From Acidobacteriaceae bacterium (GTDB taxonomy: Bacteria > Acidobacteriota > Terriglobia > Terriglobales > Acidobacteriaceae), in NCBI GenBank assembly GCA_003161045.1, contig PMPH01000019.1, forward strand, positions 1,925-65,924: a stretch of DNA of 64,000 bases, written 5' to 3'. Under the pieces are notes generated by a model. The model had not been told where the DNA came from, ran no database searches, and was given only the letters and a program-made list of their open reading frames with translations. The position numbers and the translations under genes were made by a program. Of the stretch, positions 39,490 to 48,569 are shown piece after piece. Each line of letters opens with the position of its first letter. Positions within the stretch are counted from its first letter, which is position 1.

Positions 39490-40278
39490 TTAAGTAACCT
39501 CATCCGTTAACTTATCAGTAACGGGCTGCGGGCCATCGGATTGCGTCCCAGGGACCGAACGGCGGCGGCGCTCACCCTGACGGCGGTCGCCCTGGCGGCG
39601 ATCCCTGATGCCGGCTGCCTGCAATAGCGTGGGGTTCGAAGCGCGCATGAAGAGATCGATGCGGTTATCCGCGCCGGTTTTGCGCATCAGCCGACTGACA
39701 TGAGCCTTGACGGTGCGCTCCTCGATGCCCAGTTGGCGGGCAATCTCGCGATTGGAACAGGCCATGAGAATCAGTTCGAGCACCTGGCGCTCGCGGTCGG
39801 TCAGGCGAAGAGGGGCATTGGTGAGGCTGGCGTCGGAGGTGCCGAGCAGCCGGTCGATCAGTTTGGAGAGCAGCAGCCGCGGGGCCCAGATGGAGCCGCT
39901 GGTGACCGCTTCGACGGCGTGGCGCACCGTCTTCGGACCGGCCTTCAAATCCAGGTAGGCGCGGGCGCCGGCCACGATCAAATCCATAATCAGCTTGTCG
40001 TCCCCCTCCGGGCCAATGACGATCAGCCGCAGGTCGGGACGCCGGCGGCGAATGGCCTCCAGGGTCCCAAACCCTCTGGAGGGAGAGAGCAGGTCCACGA
40101 CCAGGTAGGCCAGCGAGGAGTCGGACAACAGCTCTTCGAGCGTCCCGTAGACCGGAAACAGTAGAGCGTAGCCCTCGCCGGGCCCTTCTTCGAAGACGCT
40201 GGCCAGGCCCGCCAGGCGGAGGGGCTCATCGGTCAACACTCCTACGCGAATCGACTCAGCGTTGCGGATCGAGCCCAT
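39490..40278 (-). CDS. NarL/LuxR family response regulator with atypical receiver and Arg-rich tail
   Basis: LTDRERQVL..SNREIA..LGIEERTVKAHVS.LMRK. Confidence 0.88.
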   Translation of the reverse strand: MGSIRNAESIRVGVLTDEPLRLAGLASVFEEGPGEGYALLFPVYGTLEELLSDSSLAYLVVDLLSPSRGFGTLEAIRRRRPDLRLIVIGPEGDDKLIMDLIVAGARAYLDLKAGPKTVRHAVEAVTSGSIWAPRLLLSKLIDRLLGTSDASLTNAPLRLTDRERQVLELILMACSNREIARQLGIEERTVKAHVSRLMRKTGADNRIDLFMRASNPTLLQAAGIRDRRQGDRRQGERRRRSVPGTQSDGPQPVTDKLTDEVT

Positions 40279-40402
40279 GACGCGCCTCCCGACTGATTGC
40301 AGCAGAGTTGCGTTTCGAGCGAAGGCTGCTCCACGGCCTCCTCATCCCCACACAGGACATACCGCCTGCGCACCGGCCCCGCCGATTTTCTTTCCGGACA
40401 CG

Positions 40403-40957
40403 CTACAGCTTTGGAAGCACGATCCCCTGTTGTTTCTGGTACTTGCCCTTGCGGTCGGCGTAGCTGACCTGGCAGGGCTCATCGGAGCGGAAGAACAAAA
40501 TCTGGCACAGCCCCTCGTTGGCGTAAACCTTGGCCGGCAGCGGCGTGGTGTTGGAGATTTCCAACGTCACGAATCCCTCCCATTCCGGCTCGAAGGGCGT
40601 CACGTTCACAATGATGCCGCAACGCGCATAGGTTGATTTGCCAACGCAGATCGTCAAAACATCTCTGGGAATACGAAAATACTCGACGGAACGGGCCAAT
40701 GCAAAGGAATTCGGCGGCACGATCACAAAATCTCCCTGCACCGAGACGAAGGAACGCTCGTCGAAGGCTTTGGGGTCGATGATGGTGCTGTTCACATTGG
40801 TGAAGATCTTGAATTCGTCGGAGACGCGCAGGTCATAGCCGTATGAGGAAAGCCCATAGGAGATGACGCCGGTGGCCACCTGCTTCTCGCTGAAGGGCTC
40901 AATCATTTGGTGGTTGATGGCCTGTTCCCTGATCCAACGGTCACTCTGAATCGACAT
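40403..40957 (-). CDS. dcd: dCTP deaminase
   Basis: [44 protein letters not shown]. Confidence 0.97.
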   Translation of the reverse strand: MSIQSDRWIREQAINHQMIEPFSEKQVATGVISYGLSSYGYDLRVSDEFKIFTNVNSTIIDPKAFDERSFVSVQGDFVIVPPNSFALARSVEYFRIPRDVLTICVGKSTYARCGIIVNVTPFEPEWEGFVTLEISNTTPLPAKVYANEGLCQILFFRSDEPCQVSYADRKGKYQKQQGIVLPKL

Positions 40958-41272
40958 GCGTCTCCTATTTCCGGCTCGGGCTTGCCTCCGGATGCAAATA
41001 TGTTCGGGTCAAAAAGAATTTTACCGGACGAAGCCGCAAAATGGCGCGGCGATCTTCCCGCGAAAGGCGGATAAACCGTCTGAAGGGGCGGAGCAAAGGC
41101 TTCCCAGCCCCCGGCAGCGGACTTTTCCCAGCGGAAAAGCGTACCGGAAAGAAATTCTTTCCCGCCAAAGAAATTCCTGCTCTCCGCAGTGTTCCATAAA
41201 AGCTGCAAAACCTGTAGCATCACTACCGTAAGTCGTAGTACAGTCTATAAAGTTGCGCCAGCGAGGTGCCCT

Positions 41273-41560
41273 TTGATTAAGCAAGACATCGTCCATCATG
41301 TGATCGAGCGCACGGGTCTTCCCCGCGCCAAGGCAGAGGCTGCGGTGGATACGGTCTTCCAGGGCCTCAAACAGGCTCTGGCGGCTGGCGAGCGCATCGA
41401 GTTGCGCGGCTTCGGCGTCTTCAGCGTTCGCGCCCGCAAGACCGGCATCGGCCGCAATCCCCGCACCGGCACCGAGGTCAGCATTGCGCCCGGCAAGGCG
41501 GTGCGCTTCAAACCCGGCAAGGAGCTGCACACGCTGGAGGGCGACACGCCCGCCAAGTAG
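41273..41560 (+). CDS. HU/IHF family nucleoid protein
   Basis: IELRGFGVF, GRNPRTG, VRFKPGKEL; RBS GAGG before TTG. Confidence 0.93.
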   Translation: MIKQDIVHHVIERTGLPRAKAEAAVDTVFQGLKQALAAGERIELRGFGVFSVRARKTGIGRNPRTGTEVSIAPGKAVRFKPGKELHTLEGDTPAK

Positions 41561-41581
41561 AGACGGGGCGGCGATGAAACT

Positions 41582-41623
41582 CATGCGCATATTGTAGCCC
41601 AACTGGGCTACAATATGCGCATG
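41582..41623. promoter_or_regulatory. 42-bp palindromic operator/promoter of dinJ-yafQ
   Basis: CATGCGCATATTGTAGCCCA-AC-TGGGCTACAATATGCGCATG, perfect 20-bp arms containing TACAAT and ATG. Confidence 0.8.
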
Positions 41624-41878
41624 GCCATAAATGCCGTTGTCCGCTCTCGAATCAGCGTTGAGGTGAAAGAAAAGGCTACCGCTGTGCTCGAAGAGATGGG
41701 TCTCACGGTTTCCGACGTGATGCGCATCGTTCTGACCCGAGTGGCAAGGGAGAACGCTCTGCCCTTCGACCTGAAGCCCAACAAGCTCACGCGAGAGACC
41801 CTGCGCAAGACCGCCCAGGGCGTAGAAGTCCATCAAGCCAAGGATGCCGCCGATCTCTTCAACAAGCTGGGCATCTGA
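41621..41878 (+). CDS. dinJ: RelB/DinJ family antitoxin
   Basis: VRSRIS.EVKEKA..VL..MGLTVSD..R, LPF, PN..T, DLFNKLGI. Confidence 0.9.
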   Translation: MAINAVVRSRISVEVKEKATAVLEEMGLTVSDVMRIVLTRVARENALPFDLKPNKLTRETLRKTAQGVEVHQAKDAADLFNKLGI

Positions 41879-42153
41879 TGCGCTCCCCAAGCTATTCCAG
41901 CCAATTTCACCGCGACGTGAAGCGGCTTCAGAAGAGAGGCAAAAACCTCGAAAAACTCAAAAACCTGATCGAGCTTCTACTCGCCGGGCAGCCCTTGCCG
42001 GCGCAATACAAAGACCATCTGCTCAAACTCAATTGGGCAGGATATAGGGACGCTCACATTGAGCCCGATTGGGTGCTGATCTACTTCGCTACCACTGAAA
42101 AGGTACACCTGGAGCGGACAGGAACACACGAAGAGCTATTCGAGAACGATTGA
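41878..42153 (+). CDS. yafQ: YafQ family mRNA interferase toxin
   Basis: QF.RDVK, YKDH.L..NW.GYRDAHIEPDWVLIY, RTGTH.ELF; TGATG overlap. Confidence 0.92.
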   Translation: MRSPSYSSQFHRDVKRLQKRGKNLEKLKNLIELLLAGQPLPAQYKDHLLKLNWAGYRDAHIEPDWVLIYFATTEKVHLERTGTHEELFEND

Positions 42154-42169
42154 TGCCGGTTGCAGGTAC

Positions 42170-42202
42170 TTCCAAGTCTTAAAGGCGAGGCCTGGGGCAC
42201 CC
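42170..42202. repeat. Degenerate family A REP-like element
   Basis: TCCAAGTCTT-AAAGGC-GAGGCCTGGGGCACCC. Confidence 0.6.
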
Positions 42203-42219
42203 GGCTGCGTGGCCGCGCT

Positions 42220-43350
42220 TCAAGCGTGATAGGAGAGATGATCGGTTTTGGACAGCAGAAAATCGCGCAGGAAAAGCGGGTACAGCAGGGAAAGCTTCGT
42301 GTACTGATCAGCGAGTTGCTCGGCCGCCGCGCTGCCGCCTGACTCTTGCGCCCGGGCGATGGCCGCGCGGTGAAGGTGCAGTTCACGCCAGTCCAATGCA
42401 TTGCTGAAGTCAATGCTCATCGTGGTGCTGGCGCAGACGGTCCGTTCCTCGCAAACATTGGCCAGCATCCGGTAATCTCCCGCCTTCGCACCGCCGGCGC
42501 TAGCGTCGGCGAGAAATTCAAATCCCTGCTGGGCGGCGTAGGCCAACGGGAAACCTTCAAAAATCCTCCCATAAAACTCGCCAAACTCCGTGGCCGCTTC
42601 GGCGCGATCGGCCAGCGACTCCGCGTCGGCCTGTAAGCTGGCCGCGGCCTCGGCAATCTTCGCTTCGCCGCCCTCCAGGCGCATGATCTTGGCGAGAACG
42701 TCGCGGGCAAAGACCTGCGGGCCGTTGAAGATGTCAAGAGAACCGCCGGCGCCAAACGCCTGATGGACAAGATCGACGGGCATGGCGACGCGCACGATTC
42801 GCGTCAGCAGAAAAATCGCCGAAGCGAGCGTTCCCGGTATCAATAAATCGATGAAACGGCGGTGCGTTTGCGCCTCCAGTTCCGACGCATCGGCAAGATC
42901 GGACGAGCGCCGGATGAAACCCTCGCAAATGGCAAAAATCTCGCTCCGCAAGGCGCCAGGATTGTCACCATTGTATGCGGCCAGGGCAATGGCGCCAATT
43001 CTCGCGGCGTCATCCGCATCGTTGACCACAATCGACTTCGCGAGTGAATCGAGGTAATCGCGCAGCAGGGTGGGCGGCGGGCCGGACTCGTCGATGACGG
43101 GCAACGCCGCCGGATCGACGCCCTCCGGAGGCGTCAGGCTGAAACGCCCGCTTTCGCCCGCCCTCATGTAGGTAGTGCGCGCCCCCTTGCGGAAGGCAAA
43201 CCACTGCCCCGGAGCCTGGGCCATCACCTGATCCGATTGCCAGGCTCTTTCAGGCCCCTCCGGGCCAAAGCACAACAGGTAGCGCGCCAGGGAAATGGCC
43301 GTATACTTTGGCCCCGCCGCCTCCGGGAGATTTGTGCCCCTTGGATTCAT
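42220..43350 (-). CDS. Hypothetical protein
   Basis: 376-aa ORF, ATGA-coupled to the upstream gene; no family recognised. Confidence 0.7.
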   Translation of the reverse strand: MNPRGTNLPEAAGPKYTAISLARYLLCFGPEGPERAWQSDQVMAQAPGQWFAFRKGARTTYMRAGESGRFSLTPPEGVDPAALPVIDESGPPPTLLRDYLDSLAKSIVVNDADDAARIGAIALAAYNGDNPGALRSEIFAICEGFIRRSSDLADASELEAQTHRRFIDLLIPGTLASAIFLLTRIVRVAMPVDLVHQAFGAGGSLDIFNGPQVFARDVLAKIMRLEGGEAKIAEAAASLQADAESLADRAEAATEFGEFYGRIFEGFPLAYAAQQGFEFLADASAGGAKAGDYRMLANVCEERTVCASTTMSIDFSNALDWRELHLHRAAIARAQESGGSAAAEQLADQYTKLSLLYPLFLRDFLLSKTDHLSYHA

Positions 43351-43880
43351 GCCGGCTGGGCTCCTTTCAAGCTCAATTCGACTTGCAGGGTGACGGCCGC
43401 GGCAATCCGGCGCGCCTTGGCCTCGGGAAAGTTGTCCCGCATCAGTTGCTGAGCGGCTGCCGCCTCGCCCGCCGACAGGAAACTTTCAATGTACGACGGC
43501 TCGATGGCCGCGCCAAGCTCTTTCAACGCCTGGCTGGCAAGATCGATTTGCTGAACCTGCTTCTGCCCCTCGGTCGAAGCCTCGGCCGCAGCCTCGGGGG
43601 AGACCGCGTGTTCGACCTTTTTCAATGCCGCGCCCAGCGCGTCGCCGATGGCGTTGCCGATCGCCTCTTCGCCCTTTTCAGCGCCCTTCTTCTTGAGCGT
43701 TTCCCATAGCCAGCCACTGGCCGAACGCACGAATCCAAAAAGCAGTTGACCGGCGTAGATAGCGGTAAGCGAGAGCGGGTCAAAGTGCCTGGCTTCGTCT
43801 CGCGCGGTGATGTAGACGCTGTCGCGCCCGATGGCGCTGGTGATCGACGAGCGCATTGCCTCGGCATCGCTTATGCTCAT
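43347..43880 (-). CDS. Hypothetical protein (Ala-rich helical, one hydrophobic/amphipathic segment)
   Basis: Start MSISDAE after GGAG; the longer track ORF runs through repeats. Confidence 0.7.
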   Translation of the reverse strand: MSISDAEAMRSSITSAIGRDSVYITARDEARHFDPLSLTAIYAGQLLFGFVRSASGWLWETLKKKGAEKGEEAIGNAIGDALGAALKKVEHAVSPEAAAEASTEGQKQVQQIDLASQALKELGAAIEPSYIESFLSAGEAAAAQQLMRDNFPEAKARRIAAAVTLQVELSLKGAQPA

Positions 43881-44021
43881 CTCCGGCTCCTCGCTGATGG
43901 ATTGGGCGCCAGACGGCGCGGTTCCGGCAGGCTTCCCCCAGTTGGCCGTCATATTAGCAGAACGAAGCAGAGTTATCGTCAAAAAATATCTTTTGGGGGA
44001 ATGCGCCCGACAAGTAAGGGC

Positions 44022-44135
44022 GGGGGCTCCATCCGCGCCGTCATTCTGAGCGAAGCGCAGCGGAGGCGAAAGCCTGCCCTGAGCGAAGCCGAAGAGAACC
44101 TGCGTTTTGACCTTTTGTGGACCAGGGTGGGAAAC
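44022..44135. repeat. Multiply nested repeat (family A shell, family C element, inner partial CTGAGCGAAGC copy)
   Basis: GGGGGCTCCATCC [GTCATTCTGAGCGAAGCG..CCTGCCCTGAGCGAAGCCGAAG..AGAACCTGCG] ..AGGGTGGGAAAC. Confidence 0.7.
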
Positions 44136-44206
44136 GATGCCGCTCACTCGACCTGTCGAAGGCAGTTGGCCCCACCGCAGGTGGTTGGCCCCACTGCATG
44201 TGGTGG

Positions 44207-46816
44207 TCACATCAGGCGCAGCGCATCCACGTCCACAATCAGGTTGCGGCGCGGAATCTGGGCGGCGTCGGCCTGGGCCAGCATGCTGCGCAGGGCGGCG
44301 TTGAGCGCCCGCCGCGAGCTGGCCTTCAGAATCATGTGGAAGCGGTAGACTCCCTTGATGCGGGCGATGGGCGCGGTGCAGGGGCCGAGCACCCGCACAG
44401 CTCCGCTGTTCTGGCTTTGGACAAGATATTTGCCCAAAATAGACGACCAGCCGGCGGCTTCTTCGAGTTTTGGCGATTGCACCAGCACATTGGCCAGCAC
44501 GCCGAAGGGCGGGTAGTGCATCCAGCGGCGGTACTTCAGCTCGCGCTCGACAAAAGCCTGGTAGTCGTGGGTGCTGGCGGCCAGGATGGCGTAGTGGTCG
44601 GGGTAGTATGTCTGCACCACGACGCGGCCGGGCAGCTCGCCCCGTCCGGCGCGGCCCGAAACCTGGGTCATCAACTGGAAGACCCGCTCGGCGGCGCGGA
44701 AGTCGGGCATCGAGAGCGAGTGGTCGCAGCCGACGACGCCCACCAGCGTGACGCCGTGAATGTCATGGCCTTTGGCGATCATCTGCGTGCCCACCAGCAG
44801 GTTGATTTCGCCCGAGTGAAGACGCGTCAGCAGGCGCTCCAGGTCGTAGCGGCCGCGCACCGTGTCGCGGTCCATGCGGCCGATGCGCGCGGAAGGGAAA
44901 ATTTCACCCAGCCGGACCTCTCCTTGTTCGGAGCCCGCGCCCAGGTAGTACAGGTGCTCGCTCGAACACTTGGGACAGCGCGCCGGGACGGTGCGGCGGA
45001 ATCCGCAGTAGTGGCATTCCAGGCGCTGGCCTTCGCGGGCCAGGCCGGGATCGGCCTCGCCATTCACCGAGGCCGGCGGCTTGTGGTGAGTGAGCGCGAT
45101 GGCGCAGTTCTCGCACTCGAGCTTTTCGCCGCAGGCGCGGCAGATGACGGCAAAGGAGTAGCCGCGGCGGTTGAGCAGAATCAGCGCCTGTTCGCCGCGA
45201 TCGAGAGCCTGGCGGGTTTCGTTGACCAGCGCGCGGGAAAAAAGCTGATCCTGGCCGGTTTCCTGGAATTCGCGGCGCATGTCGACCAGTTCGACCTCGG
45301 GCAGCGGGCGGTTCATCACCCGGTCCCGCATCTCGATGCGCTGGTACTTTCCCAGAACCGAGTTCTGCCAGCTTTCGAGCGACGGCGTGGCCGAGCCCAT
45401 CACCACCACGGCCCCCTCGATCTTGGCCCTCATCACGGCCACGTCGCGGGCGTTGTAGCGCGGCGTCTCCTCCTGCTTGTAGCTCTGGTCGTGCTCCTCG
45501 TCGACCACAATCAGGCCCAAATGAGGCGCGGGAGCGAAGACGGCCGAGCGAGTGCCGACGACGATCGGAGCCTCGCCCCGGCGGATGCGCCGCCACTGCT
45601 CGCTGCGCTCTTCGGGCGTGAGCGCGGAGTGCAGCAGCGCGACTTTTTGCCCGAAGGCCGCGTCCAGCAGGCCCACGGTCTGCGGCGTGAGGCCGATCTC
45701 GGGAACCAGCAGGATCGACGACAGGCCCCGGTCCAGCGCCCGCTGCATAGCCGCCAGATAGACGGCCGTCTTTCCCGATCCTGTGACGCCATGAAGCAAG
45801 AAGGGCTGAAATCCCCCCAGAGCCGCCGCTAGGCTGGCCAGGGCCTCCATCTGCGTCTCGTTGAGCTGAAGCGGACCGGGCTGGCTTTGCAAACCGCCCA
45901 GATGAAAAGCCGCCGGCCGTTCGTCGATGCGGACAAGCCCCCGCCGGACCAGGGTTTGCAGCGTCGAGGCGGGCATATCGCGACGCCGCAGCTCGGCCAG
46001 CGGCAGTTCATTGCCGCAGGCCGCCAACTCGGCCAGAATGGCCTGCTGCTTCTGGGTCAAGGCGGGCAGCCGCGCCTCGGGAATCAGAACGGCAAACCGC
46101 TCCATGCGGCGCGCATCGCGCTCGACGGCCGCCGACTCGCGGGCAATCCACTTTTTGCGCGTGAGGCCGGCCAGCACTGGCAGCGTGGCCGCCGTCGCGG
46201 TGCGCAAGGTGGAGACCTTCACCGGCTCGCCCGAGGCCAAGCGGGCCAGAACGCGGCGCTCCAGGTCCTGCTCCTCGGCGGAGAGCTTGCCTTTGCGCTT
46301 CGAGCCGCCCTTTGAAGCTGTGGAATAACCCGGTTTCGTGTCAGGGCACAGCTTCAGACGTGCGGGTGCCCCAGGTGCGGGGTCCCCACGGACGGGTCTT
46401 CGTCCGTGGGGTGGAGGTCCCGATTCTGGGACCTGGGAATCAACACACTCCGCCAGCACGTCACGGCCCAGGTCGGTGATGCGGTAGTAGACGGTGCGCC
46501 GGACCTCGGCCATCAGCGGCAGCATTCCCCGCAGCACCTCGCCCTGCGGGGCCAGGTAGTACTGGGCCATCCACTCGGCCAGCTTCAGCAGCGATTCGCT
46601 CAACAGCGGCTCATCGTCCAGAACTGCCTCAAGATAGCGGACCTCGAAGTCGGCCGGAGCCTTGACGTTGGTTCCGGTCACCACCCCGATCAGTTTTTCA
46701 TTGCGAAAAGGAACGATGACCCGCGCCCCGCGCCGCGGACGCTGCCCCTCGCGCACCCCGTAGGTGAACGCACGGTCAAGCGGCACGGGCAACGCGACTT
46801 CGCAGTAAGAAGGCAT
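44207..46816 (-). CDS. priA: Replication restart helicase PriA with in-frame repeat-derived insertion
   Basis: GARVIVPF, GVTGSGKT, LVPEIGLTPQ, VDEEH, GSATPS, four CxxC, GTQMIAKGHD, QVSGRAGR. Confidence 0.97.
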   Translation of the reverse strand: MPSYCEVALPVPLDRAFTYGVREGQRPRRGARVIVPFRNEKLIGVVTGTNVKAPADFEVRYLEAVLDDEPLLSESLLKLAEWMAQYYLAPQGEVLRGMLPLMAEVRRTVYYRITDLGRDVLAECVDSQVPESGPPPHGRRPVRGDPAPGAPARLKLCPDTKPGYSTASKGGSKRKGKLSAEEQDLERRVLARLASGEPVKVSTLRTATAATLPVLAGLTRKKWIARESAAVERDARRMERFAVLIPEARLPALTQKQQAILAELAACGNELPLAELRRRDMPASTLQTLVRRGLVRIDERPAAFHLGGLQSQPGPLQLNETQMEALASLAAALGGFQPFLLHGVTGSGKTAVYLAAMQRALDRGLSSILLVPEIGLTPQTVGLLDAAFGQKVALLHSALTPEERSEQWRRIRRGEAPIVVGTRSAVFAPAPHLGLIVVDEEHDQSYKQEETPRYNARDVAVMRAKIEGAVVVMGSATPSLESWQNSVLGKYQRIEMRDRVMNRPLPEVELVDMRREFQETGQDQLFSRALVNETRQALDRGEQALILLNRRGYSFAVICRACGEKLECENCAIALTHHKPPASVNGEADPGLAREGQRLECHYCGFRRTVPARCPKCSSEHLYYLGAGSEQGEVRLGEIFPSARIGRMDRDTVRGRYDLERLLTRLHSGEINLLVGTQMIAKGHDIHGVTLVGVVGCDHSLSMPDFRAAERVFQLMTQVSGRAGRGELPGRVVVQTYYPDHYAILAASTHDYQAFVERELKYRRWMHYPPFGVLANVLVQSPKLEEAAGWSSILGKYLVQSQNSGAVRVLGPCTAPIARIKGVYRFHMILKASSRRALNAALRSMLAQADAAQIPRRNLIVDVDALRLM
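46338..46440. repeat. Nested REP-like elements inside the priA coding sequence
   Basis: GGGTGCCCCAGGT [42-bp insert 46377-46418] CCCGATTCTGGGACCTGGGA, preceded by GTGTCAGGGCACAGCTTCAGACGTGC. Confidence 0.85.
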
Positions 46817-46925
46817 GGGCGGCAAGAATCAGTGTAGGGGAAAAGAATACGCTGGACGGCCTCCAAGTAAATTTCGCCTCGATTCGGCGATTGCAATTCC
46901 GTCCACAGGCAGTACAATTCCTGCG

Positions 46926-47687
46926 ATGGCTCCCGGAGTCTCCGCGAACGCCTCTGCCTCTTCCGCTGGTTCGTCCAGGCCGGCCGCTCCCACCACGCTG
47001 GTCATCGACATTGGCAGTTCCGGTCTGAAGGCGATGCTGCTGGACTCGGCCGGCAGGCCGGCCAGCGAGCGGCTGCGGGTCGTCACTCCGGCCGTGCCCA
47101 CCCCCGAGGCTTTGCTGGAAGAACTCGATGGATTGCGCAAGCTGCTGACGAACTTCGATCGCGCCTCGGTCGGTTTTCCCGGCGTCGTCAAGTGTGGCGC
47201 CACCTTCGGAGCCGTCCACCTGCATCCCCTGTGGGCCAAGGGCTTCCCGCTGCAAGAAGAACTGGAAAAGCGCTGGCAGAAGCCGGTGCGGGTGAGCAAC
47301 GACACCGATCTGGCCGGCTATGGGGTCATCTGGGGCCAAGGCGTCGAGCTGGTGCTCACACTGGGCGACGGGTTGGGCAGCGCGCTGTTCACCAGCGGCC
47401 ACCTCTGCCCCGGCCTGGAACTGGGCCGGCACTCCTGGCGCAAGCAGGGTATGACCTACGAGGACTACCTGGGACGCCGAGGCCTCGACAAGTTCGGCCA
47501 GGCGCGCTGGAATGAATTCCTCGCGTCCGCGATCCAGCAGACCGCGGCGCTGTTCAACTGGGACCGCCTTTACCTGGGCGGCGGCAACGCCAACAAGATA
47601 GTCTTCACGCCGGGCAGGAATGTGAGCATTCTCCCCAATGAAACCGGGCTGCTGGGGGGCGTAATGCTGTGGCGGGATCAGGGCTGA
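46926..47687 (+). CDS. ROK family kinase (polyphosphate glucokinase-like)
   Basis: IDIGSSGLK, VGFPGVV, VSND.D, LTLG.GLGSALF, LELG, LYLGGGN. Confidence 0.85.
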   Translation: MAPGVSANASASSAGSSRPAAPTTLVIDIGSSGLKAMLLDSAGRPASERLRVVTPAVPTPEALLEELDGLRKLLTNFDRASVGFPGVVKCGATFGAVHLHPLWAKGFPLQEELEKRWQKPVRVSNDTDLAGYGVIWGQGVELVLTLGDGLGSALFTSGHLCPGLELGRHSWRKQGMTYEDYLGRRGLDKFGQARWNEFLASAIQQTAALFNWDRLYLGGGNANKIVFTPGRNVSILPNETGLLGGVMLWRDQG

Positions 47688-47727
47688 GCAGGGCTGACGC
47701 GCGGCCCGCGTTCATTCCGAAACCGCT

Positions 47728-48567
47728 CTAATTCGGCTGGCGCGGCTTGAAGTGGCAGGTGCCGCCGGCCAGCACCGGAGTCCAGATGGTGGGATCGGAG
47801 GGCTGCTCGCTGGAGCCCAGGAAGAGAATGCCGTCGGGCGCCAGGATGCGGTGAATACCGGCCAGCAGGGGCCTGCGCGTCTCCTGCGAGAAGTAGAGCA
47901 TCACGTTGCGCAGGAAGATGACGTCGAAGCGATCGTCGCTGCGGTTGAAGGGCAACTGCGGCGCACAGAGGTTGGCCTGACGGAAGTTGCACAGCTTCCT
48001 GATTTCCGGTTTGACTACCCAGTCCTCGCCGGCATGGTCGAAGTAGCGGACCACGGAACGGGCAGGCAGGCCGCGGTTGATCTCGATGCGGTGATAGCAG
48101 CCGGCCTGGGCGCGCGCGACCACCTCGGCGCAGATGTCGGTGCCCTCGATGCGGATATTCCAGCCGTTCAGCAGGGGAAAATGCTCGTGCAGGAGCATGG
48201 CCAGGCTGTAGGCCTCCTGGCCAGTGGAGCAGGCCGCGCTCCAGAAGCGCAACCCGCGCGCGGACCGGCGGGACTCAATCAGTTTGGGCAGCAACTCGGT
48301 GCGCAGCAGCTCGAAGGGACGGCCATCGCGGAAGAAGCTGGTTTCATTGATGGTCATGGCCTCGGCGATGGCGCGTTCCAGGGCCGGGTTCTTTCTGAGC
48401 TTGAGGTGCTGCACAAGCTCTTCCAACTGGGTCATGCCCTGGTTGCGCAGCAGCTTGGTGAGGCGCGTCTCGAAGAGGTAGTCGCGCGACGGATCGAGCA
48501 CGTTTTGCGAGAGGCCGAAGACCAGTTGGCGAAGATAGCCGTAGTCGACGCTGGAGGAAGTTTGCAT
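47728..48567 (-). CDS. cheR: Chemotaxis methyltransferase
   Basis: TINETSFFRD, WSAACSTGQEAYS, FDVIFLRNV.LYF. Confidence 0.96.
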   Translation of the reverse strand: MQTSSSVDYGYLRQLVFGLSQNVLDPSRDYLFETRLTKLLRNQGMTQLEELVQHLKLRKNPALERAIAEAMTINETSFFRDGRPFELLRTELLPKLIESRRSARGLRFWSAACSTGQEAYSLAMLLHEHFPLLNGWNIRIEGTDICAEVVARAQAGCYHRIEINRGLPARSVVRYFDHAGEDWVVKPEIRKLCNFRQANLCAPQLPFNRSDDRFDVIFLRNVMLYFSQETRRPLLAGIHRILAPDGILFLGSSEQPSDPTIWTPVLAGGTCHFKPRQPN

Positions 48568-48569
48568 GA

